A stretch of DNA of 64,000 bases, taken from NCBI GenBank assembly GCA_964016885.1, contig OZ024743.1:154752001-154816000 (forward strand), written 5' to 3'. This DNA comes from Eledone cirrhosa. Lineage: Eukaryota. Position numbers and translations under genes: made by a program. The notes under the pieces are model-generated. The model was not told where the DNA came from. It was given only the letters and a program-made list of their open reading frames with translations, and searched no databases. Within the stretch, counting starts at the first letter, position 1, and each line of letters opens with the position of its first letter. Positions 36,600 through 49,639 of the stretch are shown piece after piece.

Positions 36600-39500
36600 A
36601 TGCCTCGACGAGGAAGAAAGAAAACATCTGGTTGGTCTATCGATAGTGGAAAGAAAGCACGGCTAAGCAGAGCCGAAGAAGGTGAACAAGATAGTGGTCA
36701 ACGCCAACAAGATCGGGACAGGCATGCGAATAGAAGGATCGATGAGACTGATAAGGCAAGGTCTGCGCATCTAGCAGAACAGAAGGAAAGAGACAGAAGC
36801 AGAAGAGATGATGAATCGGATGGTCGAAGAGTTGCGCGTCTGGCGGAACAGAGGGAAAGAGACATAAGCAGGAGATATCATGAATCGGATTGTCGGAGGG
36901 CTGAGTGTCTGGCGGAACAGAAGGAAAGAGAAAGAAGAAGGAGAGATCATGAATCGGACGCTCGGATAACTGAACGTCTTTGCCAACAAACCATTAGGGA
37001 TAGAGCAAGGACAGTTCAACGACGTGACCTCTCTGCTGGTGTTGGACAGATGAATAAAATCTGTGTCTGTTGTCATGCAATGATTTTTCATGGTGAAACT
37101 GCTAACCTTTGCCGTATGAATGGAAAAGTCAGGTCGGGGAATCTGCAGCCTTTACCCCAGGAACTTCACAGTTTATTTAGTACTGATCAACCCAGAGCAA
37201 ACGAGTGCAGGAAGAACCTCAGACAATACAACTGCCTGTTCCAAATGACATCTTTTGGAGCCGAAGAAGTTCGTTCCTCAAGGAGTGGATGGAATCCTTC
37301 TATCGTTATTCATGGTTAAATTCACCATTACATCGGTTCCTTTACCCCTAATCCCAACGAACAACTCGAATTTCTTCAAATTTACTTCTTGGATGCTCAG
37401 GATTGTGTTGATTTGAGGATCAGGATACTCCATAACGATGGCATTCAGCGCAACATAGTTGAATTATTGGAAATAATACTCAGACAATAAAACCCTTACG
37501 TTGCTTCATTTCGTATGAACAAATTAAAAATATTTCCGAAGCTTCGATTATTATTGATCCTGATAGGAGACCAGCAATGGAATATGAGAGAAGATTCAAT
37601 GCACAAACTGCAAACGAAGTTGCCGTTATTATACAAAACAGCACCGAACTTCAATGTAAAAGCACGGCACATTGTGTTGGAAGAAAAAGGCGGCCAATTG
37701 CAAATAATCTCAGAGTCCCATCGGTCCTATGACAGTTTGCAGTATGTTCTATCTTTTCCTTTTGGCGATGACGGATAGCATCATCAGCTGTTAATGAGGC
37801 ACAACAAGAAGTTGATGCCAATGCTACTATGCCTATCGAATAATGAACCATGAGAATGAATTCAACCAACTTCTCAGAGGCGGTCGTTTATTTCAGCAAT
37901 ATTTGGTTGACATGGCTGCGAAGATTGAAGGAGATAGACTGCAATACATCCGAATGGATCAAACATCATTGCGATCTACAACATACAAGGGCCTTACTGA
38001 CGCATTGAATGATGATGACGATTTTCGCAAAATTGGCAGGCGAATCATACTCTCTTCCACATTTGTCGGTGGACGGAGATATATGATGGAGCGATGCCAG
38101 GATGCCATGATGTACATACGGAAGTACGGCAATCCTTTGTCAGAGGATTACCTTCAAATAGAAAAAAAGGGCTACCAGAAACTCTAACCTTTTGATTAGC
38201 GAGAGACATTATGATGAATGTCTTCTGTATTTTGAAGACACACTTAACGACCTTGGCAAAAGTCTTAGTGACATTAACTTGCCAAGGCCAAATAATATTG
38301 TTGCTAATCAGGATATTGGCAATTTGGAGTTATTGCATGAATTGCAATACACCAGAGAAGAGCAGCGACGATTTGTAGAAGAGATGGAGCCTCTATTGAA
38401 TAGTGAACAAAAACACGTGTATGTCTTCGTTTGTAACAGTTTAGAGACGAACACATCTGCATTGATTTTCATTGACGCTCCAGGTGGAACAGGAAAGACA
38501 TTCCTGATTAACTTAATTCTTTCAAAAGTCCGGGGTAACGGTGACGTGGCTATTGTTGTTGCGTCATCTGGCATTGCCGCAACACTGATGCCTGGTGGAA
38601 GAACAGCTCATTCTAGGTTCAAAATACAGATAGTAGTGAAATAAAATGATCTGTGCAACATTGATAAAAACTCAAAGACGGCAAACCTCTTCAAACATAG
38701 AGGGCTGATTGTTTGGGATAGGTGTCCTATAATTCGGAGGGAAAGCTTCGAATCTGTTGACCTCACTCTGCGTGACATATGCGACAAGAATGAGGCATTC
38801 GGTGGAATTTTGACAATTTGCTGTGGCGATTTCCGTCAGCTTCTTCCGGTAGTGAAAAGGGGAAATGAAGCGGACGTGGAAAACGCCTGCATTAAAAAAA
38901 ATCCTACTTATGGCGAATCTTCAAAAGATTTCAGTTGAAGACAAACATGCGATTGGGTGGGAGAGCAGGAGACTATTCACAGTTCCTATTGGATATTGGA
39001 GAAGATAAGATAAAAAAAAAACTGAAAATGAGGAAATTATTTTGCCAAAAGAAATGGTTCTCCAAGCAAAAACTATGGAAGAATGTATTGATTTCATCTA
39101 CCCCTTATTCGACAATCCAGCTGAAGTGTTTTCGAACAATTGCATCTTAGTACCTCTCAATGAAATGATGAGAAGCATCAATTCCACCTGTATCAGACTC
39201 TTCCCTGGAACCATAAAAGAGTACCGATCCTATAATTCTGTGAGTGATGGTGCCAATGCCACTCATTTCCCGACTGAATTCCTTGATTCGGTTGAACTAT
39301 CAGGACTGCCACCACATAACCTGGAATTGGAAAAACGATCGCCAATAATTCTTATGAGAAACTTGAATCCTCCAAGGCTTTGTAATGGAACGCGCATGAT
39401 CGTGGAAAAACTGCACGACAATCTCATAGTAGTAACAATCAACACTGCTGCTTTCAGAAATGAAATCGTTATGATACCTAGAATAAGAATTAATCTATCC

Positions 39501-39750
39501 GAAGGTGAGGATATCCCTTTGTAGCGAAGCCTATTCCCAGTTCAATCGTGCTTGGCTATGACTATTCATAAAGCACAAGGACAAACTATGGAAAACGTCT
39601 TGGTTTATCTGGAACGACCTGTATTCCCACACGGTCAACTGTATGTAACCCTTAGCCGCGGAAAACGAAAAGAAAATGTCAGAGTGTTTCTGAAGTATAC
39701 CCCAGTCAACTAAGAATGGTGTCACCAAAAGCATTCTTTTGAACAAACTG
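36600..39750 (+). pseudogene. Helitron Rep-helicase (PIF1-family), decayed
   Basis: N-terminal E/R repeats, C..C zinc finger, RQYNCLFQMTSFG, GRLFQQYLVD, DAPGGTGKT, SSGIAATL..GRTAHSRFK, GDFRQLLPV, LMRNL....LCNGTR, MTIHKAQGQT, HGQLYV.LSR. Confidence 0.92.
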
Positions 39751-40568
39751 TAACAGCATAAATATGAGAAAATGTTGATTCCGACGTAAGAAAATGAAAG
39801 GAAAAGGAAAAACTAAGGCAAGTAAGAATAATTTCTTTCAAATTTTTGTAAATAAAACCAGCTTTTCATTAACATTGCCACTTTTTAAGCAGAAAAATAT
39901 TTCAGAACAAACAATCAAGCATCCATAGACGTATAGAAAAAATAATTTTGAAGTAGAATGATTGGATAGTTATTAGTGAAAAGTTATTTGATATTTTCTT
40001 TGTGAAAATACTTGTGAATAATACAGTGAAAAGACAAGTTTCGCGTAAATCGGACCACGGGATAGCGAGATACGCGGGTTTTTTCGGGTACCCTTATCAA
40101 TAACCAAATCAGCGCATAATTGGAAGATGCTTTGAAAGTAAGGTACCATTGAAATGTGAATAGAAACGCAGATAGTGGTTGTGAGAGAGAGAGGGAGAGG
40201 GGAAGAGAGCTGGTGGTGTTATTGAATGAAATTATAACTGGTGACTTCAAAGAATTGAATACAGCATTACTGTATCTACCTTGAATTTGGTGACTGAATA
40301 TTAAGTTATATGTATCTCATAACTTGTGTTAGGACAGGATGTATGTGTGTGTGTGTCTGTAACCAGTGTATATAGGCCACAGTCACCCACACGCACAAAC
40401 ACACACATATATATATACACGTACATATATACACACACACATACACGTATATATATATATATATTGGCTTTCCAATGTCATTTTACATTATATACATTTT
40501 GTGTATATTTTAATTATTTAAAAATTATTTTTAAGTGAACATGACCCAACGGGTCACGGGTGGTCTAG

Positions 40569-41320
40569 TATATATATAAATGCAAGTTTGCGATTCTGTA
40601 TGCCCGCCTAAAACTAGAAAACTACAGGACCAAACTCCTCAAAATGACATGTACATATTCACTATACACTCTGACAGGTAACGGTCGAACAAGTTTTACT
40701 TAGGAAAGCAAGGTTTTCATTTAAATTCAATTTATCTTATTTTCTAATGAATATCAAAAGAGATCATTCATTTCGTTTTTCCGTCATTCATTTCAGTCTG
40801 TAGATCAAAGAGTGAGGGATGGGAGAGAGAAAGAGAGAGAGTACGGGGATGGGAGAGAGAGAGTAAGGGGATTCGAGAGAGAAAAAGAGTAAGGGATGAG
40901 AGAGAAAGAAAGAGAGACTGGGAGATGGGAGAGAGAGAGTAAGGGGATGTGGGAGAGAAAGAAAGAGAGTAAGAGAGGAGAGAGAAAGAGAGAGTGGGAG
41001 ATGGGAGAGAGAGAGAGAGTAAGGGGATGCGAGAGAGAAAGAAAGAGTGTAAGGGGATGAGAGAGAAAGACGATGAAAGAGAGAAAGGGAAAGCTTCCAG
41101 CGTTGTTAACTTTATTTATTTATTATTTCTACACACTTTTTAACTCTCCCGCTTCCTTAACGTTATACATCTTTTCTTTAATTTTTATTCTCTATTCTGA
41201 AGAGAGAGGGGGGATGTGAGAGAGAAAAAGAGAGAGAAAGCGAGAGTAATGTGATGGGAAAGAGAGAGTAATGGGAGAGAGAGAGGAAAGTAGCCAGCGC
41301 TCATTAGCTTTTATTTATTT
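40569..41320 (+). mobile_element. 5' part of a related Helitron in head-to-tail tandem
   Basis: Starts TATATATATAAA directly after CTAG; 40710-40830 is homologous to 35291-35410; GA-rich repeats follow in both. Confidence 0.55.
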
Positions 41321-41324
41321 ATTA

Positions 41325-41352
41325 CTAGCAGTAAAGCCCGGCGTTGCTTGGC
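41325..41352 (-). mobile_element. Helitron 3' terminus on the minus strand
   Basis: Reverse complement CCAAGC aac GCCGGG ctttactg CTAG|T (imperfect hairpin + CTAG). Confidence 0.5.
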
Positions 41353-41559
41353 GCTGCTCAGTAGCTGTGTTAAAGTTACAATGTTATGTTCTTTTCTTGG
41401 CTTAACAATTGTCGAGTCTACAGTGTAGACTTTCATGTGGTACTTTTGATTAATATTGCCTCACCCAACAGCATGCCTTAAGAAGTTAAGAAAACACAAC
41501 CGTAACCCGAATGTTAAAACAAAAGAGGATGCCTGAGATAAACACATCTTTTGGAATGG

Positions 41560-44500
41560 TCAAGATGGATATCATTTTCAGCTATGGCAGATCAGCCGAG
41601 GAACGGGACAAGAACCTGGCCGATCAATCCGCTTCAAAGAATTCTATGCTTAGCATTTCATGTTTCGTGAACACTTCAACCAAGTTCTGCGATTCAAAGA
41701 AGTAACCAGCCAGTTCATGGTGGACATGTATGCCAAGATTGAAACAGAAAGATTGGGTTTTTCTGCGAAGGGATCAAACTAAGTTTAGGGCAGATAACTA
41801 CATCCACCTTAGAGATGCCATCAATTCTAATGTTGACCCAAGAAATATTGGCCAGCCAGTCATAATACCATGACGCTTCACGGGAGGACCACGTTACAAG
41901 CATGAACGCACGCAAGATGCAATGGCCTATGTGAGAATATTTGGTCGGCCAGATCTCTTCATTACATTTACATGCAATTCAAACTGGTCAGAAATATCCA
42001 ATGAATTATTTCAAAATCAAAAACCAATTGATAGACATGACCTCATTGCTCGGATTTCCCATCAAAATAAAAAAAAAACTTATCTGGCTCCTAACAGAAG
42101 AATAAATCTTTGATGAGCTAAGTGCTTGGATGGACACTACTGAGTGGCACACGAGAGCTCTTCTTCACTCTCACACACTAATCTGGTAGATAAGACCAGA
42201 TGATGTTGATAAGATCATTTCAGCAGAGTTACCTGATAAAGGTGGTGATCCAGAGCTTTTGAAACCATCAAGTCCAAACTCATTCATGGTCCATGTGGAG
42301 TCATCAATCCAGCCTCTCCTTGCATGAAAGATGAAAAATGCAGCAAACATTATCCTAGAGCTTTTATTCGGGAAACTCGGACTGACAATAATGGATACCC
42401 CTTTATCGCAGGCGTAGAACAGAACATGGAGACAATACTGCAAGCCTAACAGTTTGAGGAGTGGAGCTGACCATAAACAATCAGTGGGTCGTCCCACACA
42501 ATAAACTGTTGTGTCAACTTTCAATAGGTCATATCACATGTTGAGTATTTCAGCTCCGTCAAGGCAATCCTATATGTCACAAAATATATCAACAAGGGCA
42601 GAGGCATGGCTACAATTATTACTGACAAAGAACTCATTGATGATGAGCTGGATGAGGACAAAAGGTATCAAACAGCTCGATACATCTCCAGCAATGAAGC
42701 TATCTGGCAAATCTTTGGATTTGATATACACCAATGCCACCCAACAGTGGTTAACCTCTCAGTCCATCTGGAAAATGGATAGAGAGTGTACTTCATTGAG
42801 ATCACTCCTCATCAGTTGGCACACGCACCACATCACAACATACACTAACTGCTTTCTTTAAACTCTGCCAGAATGATGAATTTGCTCGGTTGCTCCTATA
42901 TGCTGAAGTCCCAACATACTACACCTGGACCAATTGCAAGAGCTGGAATCGAAGAAAGCAGGGTCATTTAGTGGAAGGTCATGAAGTCAAGTTAAGTGAT
43001 GGTATTGGGCGTGTTTACAATGTCCATCTCAACAACAGAGTATGTTTTATTTACGGCTACTTCTGCATACTCTTCGAGGACCAACGTCATTTGAGGTTCT
43101 TAGGTGCTTCAGAGGAAGGGAGTGCGCAACATACCAAGAAGAATGTAAACAGCATGGACTACTGCATGACAATGGACACTGGAAGAAGTGCCTACAAGAA
43201 GCAGCAATCAAATAAGACAATTATTTGCTATTACGTTCACAGCATGTGGAATTGATGGAGCTCATCTACTCTGGCAGGAGTACAAAAACAATATGTCGGA
43301 CGACTATCTACACCTAGCCCGAAGATATCATGGGAATATGTATATGGAATACACCCCCAGTATTTACAATCAAGCTCTCTGTGACCTGTCCCATCGAGTT
43401 CAGGCAATGAATAGCACATTAGCTAACTGCGGGAGGCCAGAGCCAGATGAAGATATGGAGGTAGCACAAGACATTTTTCAGGAGACAAACTACGATATTC
43501 AAGCATTGCGTAAGTTTGTGGATGAAAATGAACCTCCATTGATGGATGACCAGAAATACCCCTAACACAACATTATCGAAAACATTCAAAATGACATGGG
43601 AGGACTTTTTTCCATTGATGCTCCTGCTAGCTCAGGCAAGACATTCCTTATAAATCTCCTGCTTGCAAACGTTCGACAAAAGCAACATATTGCCTCGCTG
43701 TGGCTTCAAGTTTCATTGCAGCAACACTTTTGTATGGAGAAAGAACTACACACTACATGTTTAAGCTGCCCATAGATCTCACACGACATGAACAAGCTTT
43801 TTACAACATCAAGAAGAACTCACCCAAGGGCAAGCTTCTGCAAACACGCAAGATGATAATTTGTGATGAAGCTACTATTAGCCATAAAGGAGCAATTGAA
43901 GCTTTGGACCGGACGATAAGGGATCTGAGAGAAAATAGTTGCGTAATGGGAGGAGTGACAATGGTTCTTGCTGGTGATTTCAGACAACTTCTGCCTGTAA
44001 TTATTCGAGGTACTCGAGCTGATCATGTCAATGCCTGTCTGAAAATATCCTATCTCTGGCCCTCTTTCAGCTGCTGAGCCTTACAACAAACAGGCGAATG
44101 CACTAAACTGGTGACGAAGGTGTCAGTGAGTTTGCCATCCAATTACTTAAATTGGGAAATGGACTTCTTGAAAAGGACTCCAATGACCATATTCAGTTGA
44201 AATTTGGCCATACTATTGACACAGAACAAGAACTAATTGCCAGAGTGTTTCCAAACATTCAGACCAGGCAATGTGATCCGAAATGGCGCTGTGAACAAGC
44301 AATCTTAGCACCTAAAAATGTTGCCGTGAAAGAAATCAACAGAAGCTGCTGGAGATGTTACCGGGAGAGAAAATATGCTACACATCACTTGACACAATCA
44401 CTTCTCAAGACCATATTGTAAACTATCCAACTGAATTTTTGATCAGTCTTAAACGAGCGGGAATTCCTACACACGACCTAATACTGAAGCTTGGAGCATC

Positions 44501-44894
44501 AGTTATGCTACTTCGCAATCTCGATCCTACAAAACTTTGTAATGACACAAGACTCATCATCAAAAATATGATGTCCAATGTTCTAGAAGTTGCAATCTTG
44601 TCAGGAAAATATGCTGGTGACAATTGTTTAATTCCCAGAATACCTCTGAAGCCTGCTGATTTGCCATTTGAATTTCAAAGACTTCAATTTCCGATCAGGC
44701 TCAGTTTTGCCATGACCATTAATACATCTCAAGGGCAATCATTGAAAGTCGTTGGGTTGAATCTGGCAGATCCTGTCTTTTCACATGGTCAACTCTATGT
44801 TGGCACAACAAGAGTTGGGAACCGTGGTTGTCTCTTCATTGTGGCACCACAGGGCAAAACCAAGAATGTTGTTTATCCAGAGTCTTTGGAATGA
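41560..44894 (+). pseudogene. Helitron 2 Rep-helicase, decayed, lacking N-terminus
   Basis: VDMYAKIETERL, GRPDLFITFTCN, HSH (HUH) near 42165, YVTKYINKG near 42575, GDFRQLLPV, MLLRNLDPTKLCN.TRL, RLQFPIRLSFAMTIN.SQGQSL, FSHGQLYVG. Confidence 0.92.
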
Positions 44895-45889
44895 GCAATG
44901 TCGTAATTCCTCATTTAATGACAATACACACAGATCCTAATTCCTTAGTCATGTAGTTTGAAAGGTAATCTGAAGCCGCACATTTATTGCATGGTGTTAC
45001 TTTGGAAGAATATGCAGGCATTCCCGGGAACCTCTTCTATATAAAGTAATATAAGTGAGGACTTTGTTGGGTAGAAATAGCAGCCAAATTTCCTTCAAAT
45101 CCCGTCTTACTTTCTCAGGTATGTATATATGTATGAAGCAATAAGGAATGGTTCTATGTGATAACTCGATCTACTAGAAATATTAGCAAAATCCATTTCA
45201 AATCACAAACAACTGTCTTACACACATACATGTCTGTGTATGTATCTATGTATGTCATGTGAGCCACTATAACTGTTGGTATAGCTAATAGAAATAGAAA
45301 ACAAATCTCCCTCAAACAAGATCCTACTGCCATAGAGGCAAAGATTGGTGAAAGCTACAGTGTACAAATGTAAATGCACTTTCCCCGTATTACAGAAATG
45401 ATGAAGTAAATGCTTCATTCAATCATAAACCAAGGCTAAATTTATTTTCTTATTTTATTTATGGTTTCTAAAATAGCCTTTACATGTTGTTTGAAATCAG
45501 AGGTTCAGATTAAGCATATAAAAAAGAGAAGGATGAATAAAAAAAATTCTAAATGTATTTATTTGGTCATGCCCTTTTCACTGACAACATACCTAATGAT
45601 TCATTTATGAGTAAAGAATTATATATGCTGACTGTAATAGGGAGAAGTATTAAAAAAATCACCACTGGAAAAAAATATTTTTATCTAGATGATTTACTTT
45701 GACCAAACGGCTAAACATATTCTGCTATAATTCCTAATTTGGTTAAAATTCAGCAATCATATTTGTATGGTCAAATATTTTGTAATGTGTGCCAAATATA
45801 TTGTAACTTTCATAAAATACAATAATATATATATAAGAGAGTATTGAAGTTTGCTTGTAGCATTGTGGAATAATAAGGTATATTTTTAA

Positions 45890-46509
45890 AATCGTTTGGA
45901 CGCCTCGACAATGCAAATGGGTAAATCTCCGGGTAACAAGATCCGGTGGTGGAGAGAGAGATGTAAGTGGGTGTACGTTGAGATGCGTGGCGTGTATAAG
46001 ACGTGTAGAGGAATGAAGGAAAGAGCATAAAGGATAAAATAAAATAACAACACGAGAGATAGTTACCTTGGGAGATATTTAATTGTCCCTATATATTTCG
46101 GATTCACATCCATCAACTGGGGTTTTTTTCCGGGGTGGGGGAAAGGTTGTCTGTCGGAAAGGTGCGAAACGCTTCCTCAGCTGTTCGTTGTTTTGAATAT
46201 CGATAAAACAACGAACGGCGGAGGATGCGTTTCGCACCTTTCGACAGACAACCTTTCCCCCACCTCGGAAAAAAAACCCCAGTTGATGGATGTGAATTCG
46301 AAATATATAGAGACAATTAAATCTCTCCCAAGGTAACTATCTCTCGTGTTGTTATTTTATTTTATCCTTTATGCTCTTTCCTTCATTCCTCTACACGTCT
46401 TATACACGCCACGCATCTCAACGTACACCCACTTACATCTCTCTCTCCACCACCGGATCTTGTTACCCGGAGATTTACCCATTTGCATTGTCGAGGCTTC
46501 CAAACGATT
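45890..46509. repeat. Near-perfect palindrome (305-bp arms, 10-nt loop)
   Basis: 45890-46194 is the reverse complement of 46205-46509 with few mismatches. Confidence 0.95.
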
Positions 46510-46542
46510 AAAAAAAATATATATATTTATATATATTCATAT

Positions 46543-48438
46543 ACTTGGGGAGGGTAATAATATTGTTGTAATAATATTGCCAGAAATAATAACGGAACGC
46601 ACTCACTCTTTCGTCGGTTTTCGCTTCTGTACCTTTAACATCTCCATAGTTAATTTATTTGGCAATCAATGTTTATCATTAACTGACCAACGGTTAAAAA
46701 TACACCAAGTACCTAGATAACCATGATCGTAGCCGTTTCTGCCCCTGTAGACTCATAAGAGGTAGATCCCCACCTTAACCTCAATGGCTAAAAAGACTCC
46801 GATGGGAAGGTGGATTGGATGGACCAAAGCCATACGGACACCCTAAAGGGTCATATGTTTAAATTCAATGAAAGGATCTACACCCAGAATGAGGGAGCAG
46901 CCATTGGCCTCAGCATAGCTGGTGATGTTGCCAATCGACATATGGTATGGTGGGAACGGTGTTCAAAGATCTCCTCCAAGAGAACTCCATAGACCCCGCT
47001 ATGTACTCTCGTTAATATAGTAACCAGAACAACCCCACAAGAGAGTACTGATGAACATGATTTTGAATATAACACAATGGAAAGCATCCAACAGATAGTA
47101 ACTCCATACACCAGAGTATAACTGTAACTGTTGACTACCCTTCCAAACACCCTAATATTAGACTACATGTATTAGACACGAAACTCTGGATTAACACTAT
47201 AGACGAGATGGCCCATATTCTCCACTCACACTATGCTAAACTCACGGCTTCCAAATACCTGATACTCAAAATCTCAGCAAAGTACAGTAGTGCTAAGTTT
47301 AATATTCTGATCACAGACTTGGTAGGAGTGATGAAGAACGTGTCCCGCATGTGCGACCCAAAATCTTGGAATAGCTTAGATATGACTTAAAATAAGATAC
47401 GGAAAGCCACTTCATGGTACGGCAACTAGAGATACCAGAGTGTCATGTTCGTGCATACTACCCCTGGGGGGAAATTAGCTAACCTATGTAGAAAGCCCCT
47501 AGTGGTAGAAAAGCCAGATACTACCATAAAATCTCTGATCTGTAAAACATGCCCCTTTAGGAAAACCCACTGTACTAATAAGAAATGTGTTATATATAAA
47601 GTGAACCCCCCAGATAAACTATAAAAGTAGAAATGTAGTCTAAAGCATAAGATGTACAGAGGGTTATTGCAGAAACATGACACCGACATACATAGGTGAG
47701 ACAGCTCGTAGCATAGGAGTAAGAATAGACCAACACTGGGGGGGGGGGGGGTCATTAAACAAAAAAACGGTTTAGTACGATACGAACACGCCAGACAAAG
47801 ACATGGCGGTTATATAGACAACATAGGAATTAAAATAATATCTAAACATAGAAATGACACACCAGGTAGTCGAATCAGAGAAGCGAGTGAAATAGAGCTT
47901 AGAAAACCAAAGTCAAACAGAAAAAAAACGAATGGAATAACAACAATCATACCCAAACAAACAATACTGACTTAAGGAAATATAAATAAATGAAAAAAAT
48001 AAATAAATATATACACAAGTACAAAAACAACAAACACATATTCACACACACTAGTAATCAAAGATAGAACACAAAAGCCAAAACACATACCCTGAAACGC
48101 GAACACACACATCAGACATCATACACACACGCAAACGCATGCACAAAGACTAGGAAGAAAAAAATGGCGTAAAGATTACAATGCAATACAATAGGAGGGA
48201 GCATGATAATAGCACCACTGATGATATTGCATATGTGCAACGAAAGAATTTGTTAGACTATATATATATATTTATATCTGTATTTTTAACCGTTGGTCAG
48301 TCAATGATAAACATTGATTGCCAAATAAATTAACTATGGAGATGTAAAAGATACAGAAGCAAAAACTAACCAAACAGTTAGTGTGTTCTGTTATTATTTC
48401 TGGCAATATTATTACAACAATATGACCATCCCCAAGTA
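46543..48438 (+). mobile_element. Decayed PLE related to 27571-29701, with inverted terminal repeat of about 160 bp (family B)
   Basis: HMFKFNE.IYTQNEGAAIGLSIAGDVAN, DYPSKHPN.RL.VLD, HSHYAK, YIGETARS; 46543-46703 is inverted at 48280-48438. Confidence 0.85.
48215..48254 (+). ncRNA. Minimal hammerhead motif, family B
   Basis: CCA-CTGATGA-t aTTGCA tatg TGCAAc-GAAA-gaattt, downstream of the endonuclease remnant. Confidence 0.6.
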
Positions 48439-48468
48439 GAACCATATTTGTTTCTACACTATATATAC

Positions 48469-48540
<72 letters not shown>

Positions 48541-48609
48541 ATGTGTGTGTGAGTGTATGTGTGTGTGTATTTCTCTCTTTTATGCAGGGTGTGTGAAAAC
48601 ACACATATA

Positions 48610-49110
48610 AGGCGAGTTCCTTATTCGTGCTGGCCTTCCCAATATGTTTACCCTGCTCAGACAGCGCAGACAACATTAGCTAGGACACCTCCACCGCATG
48701 AATTATGGCCGCACCCAAAATACATCTTATATGGGTAGCTGGCCTCTTGAAAGAGACCTACCTGTCGACATCGGCTGCGATATAAGGACATTGTGAAGAG
48801 AGATATGAAAGCCATTGAGTTCTATAGAGAGTCCTGGAATGGCTTCGCAGTTAATTGGCCATGATGGAGGAACACACTGAATTAACACCACGAATCAGGA
48901 GAAGAGAGTTTAATGACTGTTGCAGTGGACAGGAGAGCCAAACGAAAGGAGAGCACAATAAATCCAACAGACCTGAGATTATATACATAATTACTTTATG
49001 CGATAGAGACTGTTAATCACGTATAGGTTTATTTAGCCACCGGAGACACTGTTGGAGCCGAGCTGACAACAGGATACTACACACGGTCAGTCTTTACCGA
49101 TTTGAAAGAG
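48610..49110 (+). mobile_element. RTE-clade LINE 3' fragment
   Basis: LRQRR...LGHLHRM..GR.PKYILYG*LAS.KRPT...LRYKD..KRDMKA....W.....WR, then CDRDC*SRIGLFSHRRHC. Confidence 0.8.
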
Positions 49111-49115
49111 TCCTT

Positions 49116-49162
<47 letters not shown>

Positions 49163-49296
49163 ATGTGTCTGTGTGTGTGAGTGTGTCTGTGTGCGTGCGT
49201 GTGTGTGTGCGTGCGTGTGCATGTTTGTGTGGATGTGTTTGTCTCTAAATGTGCATGTACATGTGTATATATACTGTTATATATATACTATATATA

Positions 49297-49322
49297 TAAC
49301 CAATTGCCCTTGTTATCTTAGT

Positions 49323-49382
<60 letters not shown>

Positions 49383-49408
49383 AATAAGATAACAAGGGCA
49401 ATTGGTTA
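49297..49408. repeat. 34-bp inverted repeat flanking a (TA)n tract
   Basis: TAACCAATTGCCCTTGTTATCTTA.TTAAC-(TA)n-GTTAA.TAAGATAACAAGGGCAATTGGTTA. Confidence 0.9.
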
Positions 49409-49431
49409 CTTCTTCATTACGATTATTGGTT

Positions 49432-49516
49432 GGTGACGTGCGTTTCGCCACTGACGAGCTCAAGTTTCGATCTGTATCGATCAGACCTGACTCTGTAATC
49501 CGCGGCTCGTCAGACC
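49432..49516 (-). ncRNA. Type I hammerhead with long structured stem II
   Basis: GGT-CTGACGA-GCCGC [50 nt] GTGGC-GAAA-CG ca CG-TC-ACC; canonical GUC site. Confidence 0.8.
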
Positions 49517-49639
49517 CCTTGTAGGGTTAATGGACTGAAGTGAACCTAAACATCGAGTGCTCACCCGGGTGAACCTACAGTAACTCCAAGTTACACTCCC
49601 TGGATATATATCGGAAAATATTCAGGACCAAGACGGCTG

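Larger units (their letters stand above)
34930..40568 (+). mobile_element. Helitron 1 with both termini (internally deleted)
   Basis: 5' A|TCTATCTATATACTACTAAA; 3' hairpin TGACCC aac GGGTCA (40542-40556) then CTAG|T (40565-40568); Rep-helicase remnant inside. Confidence 0.85.
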
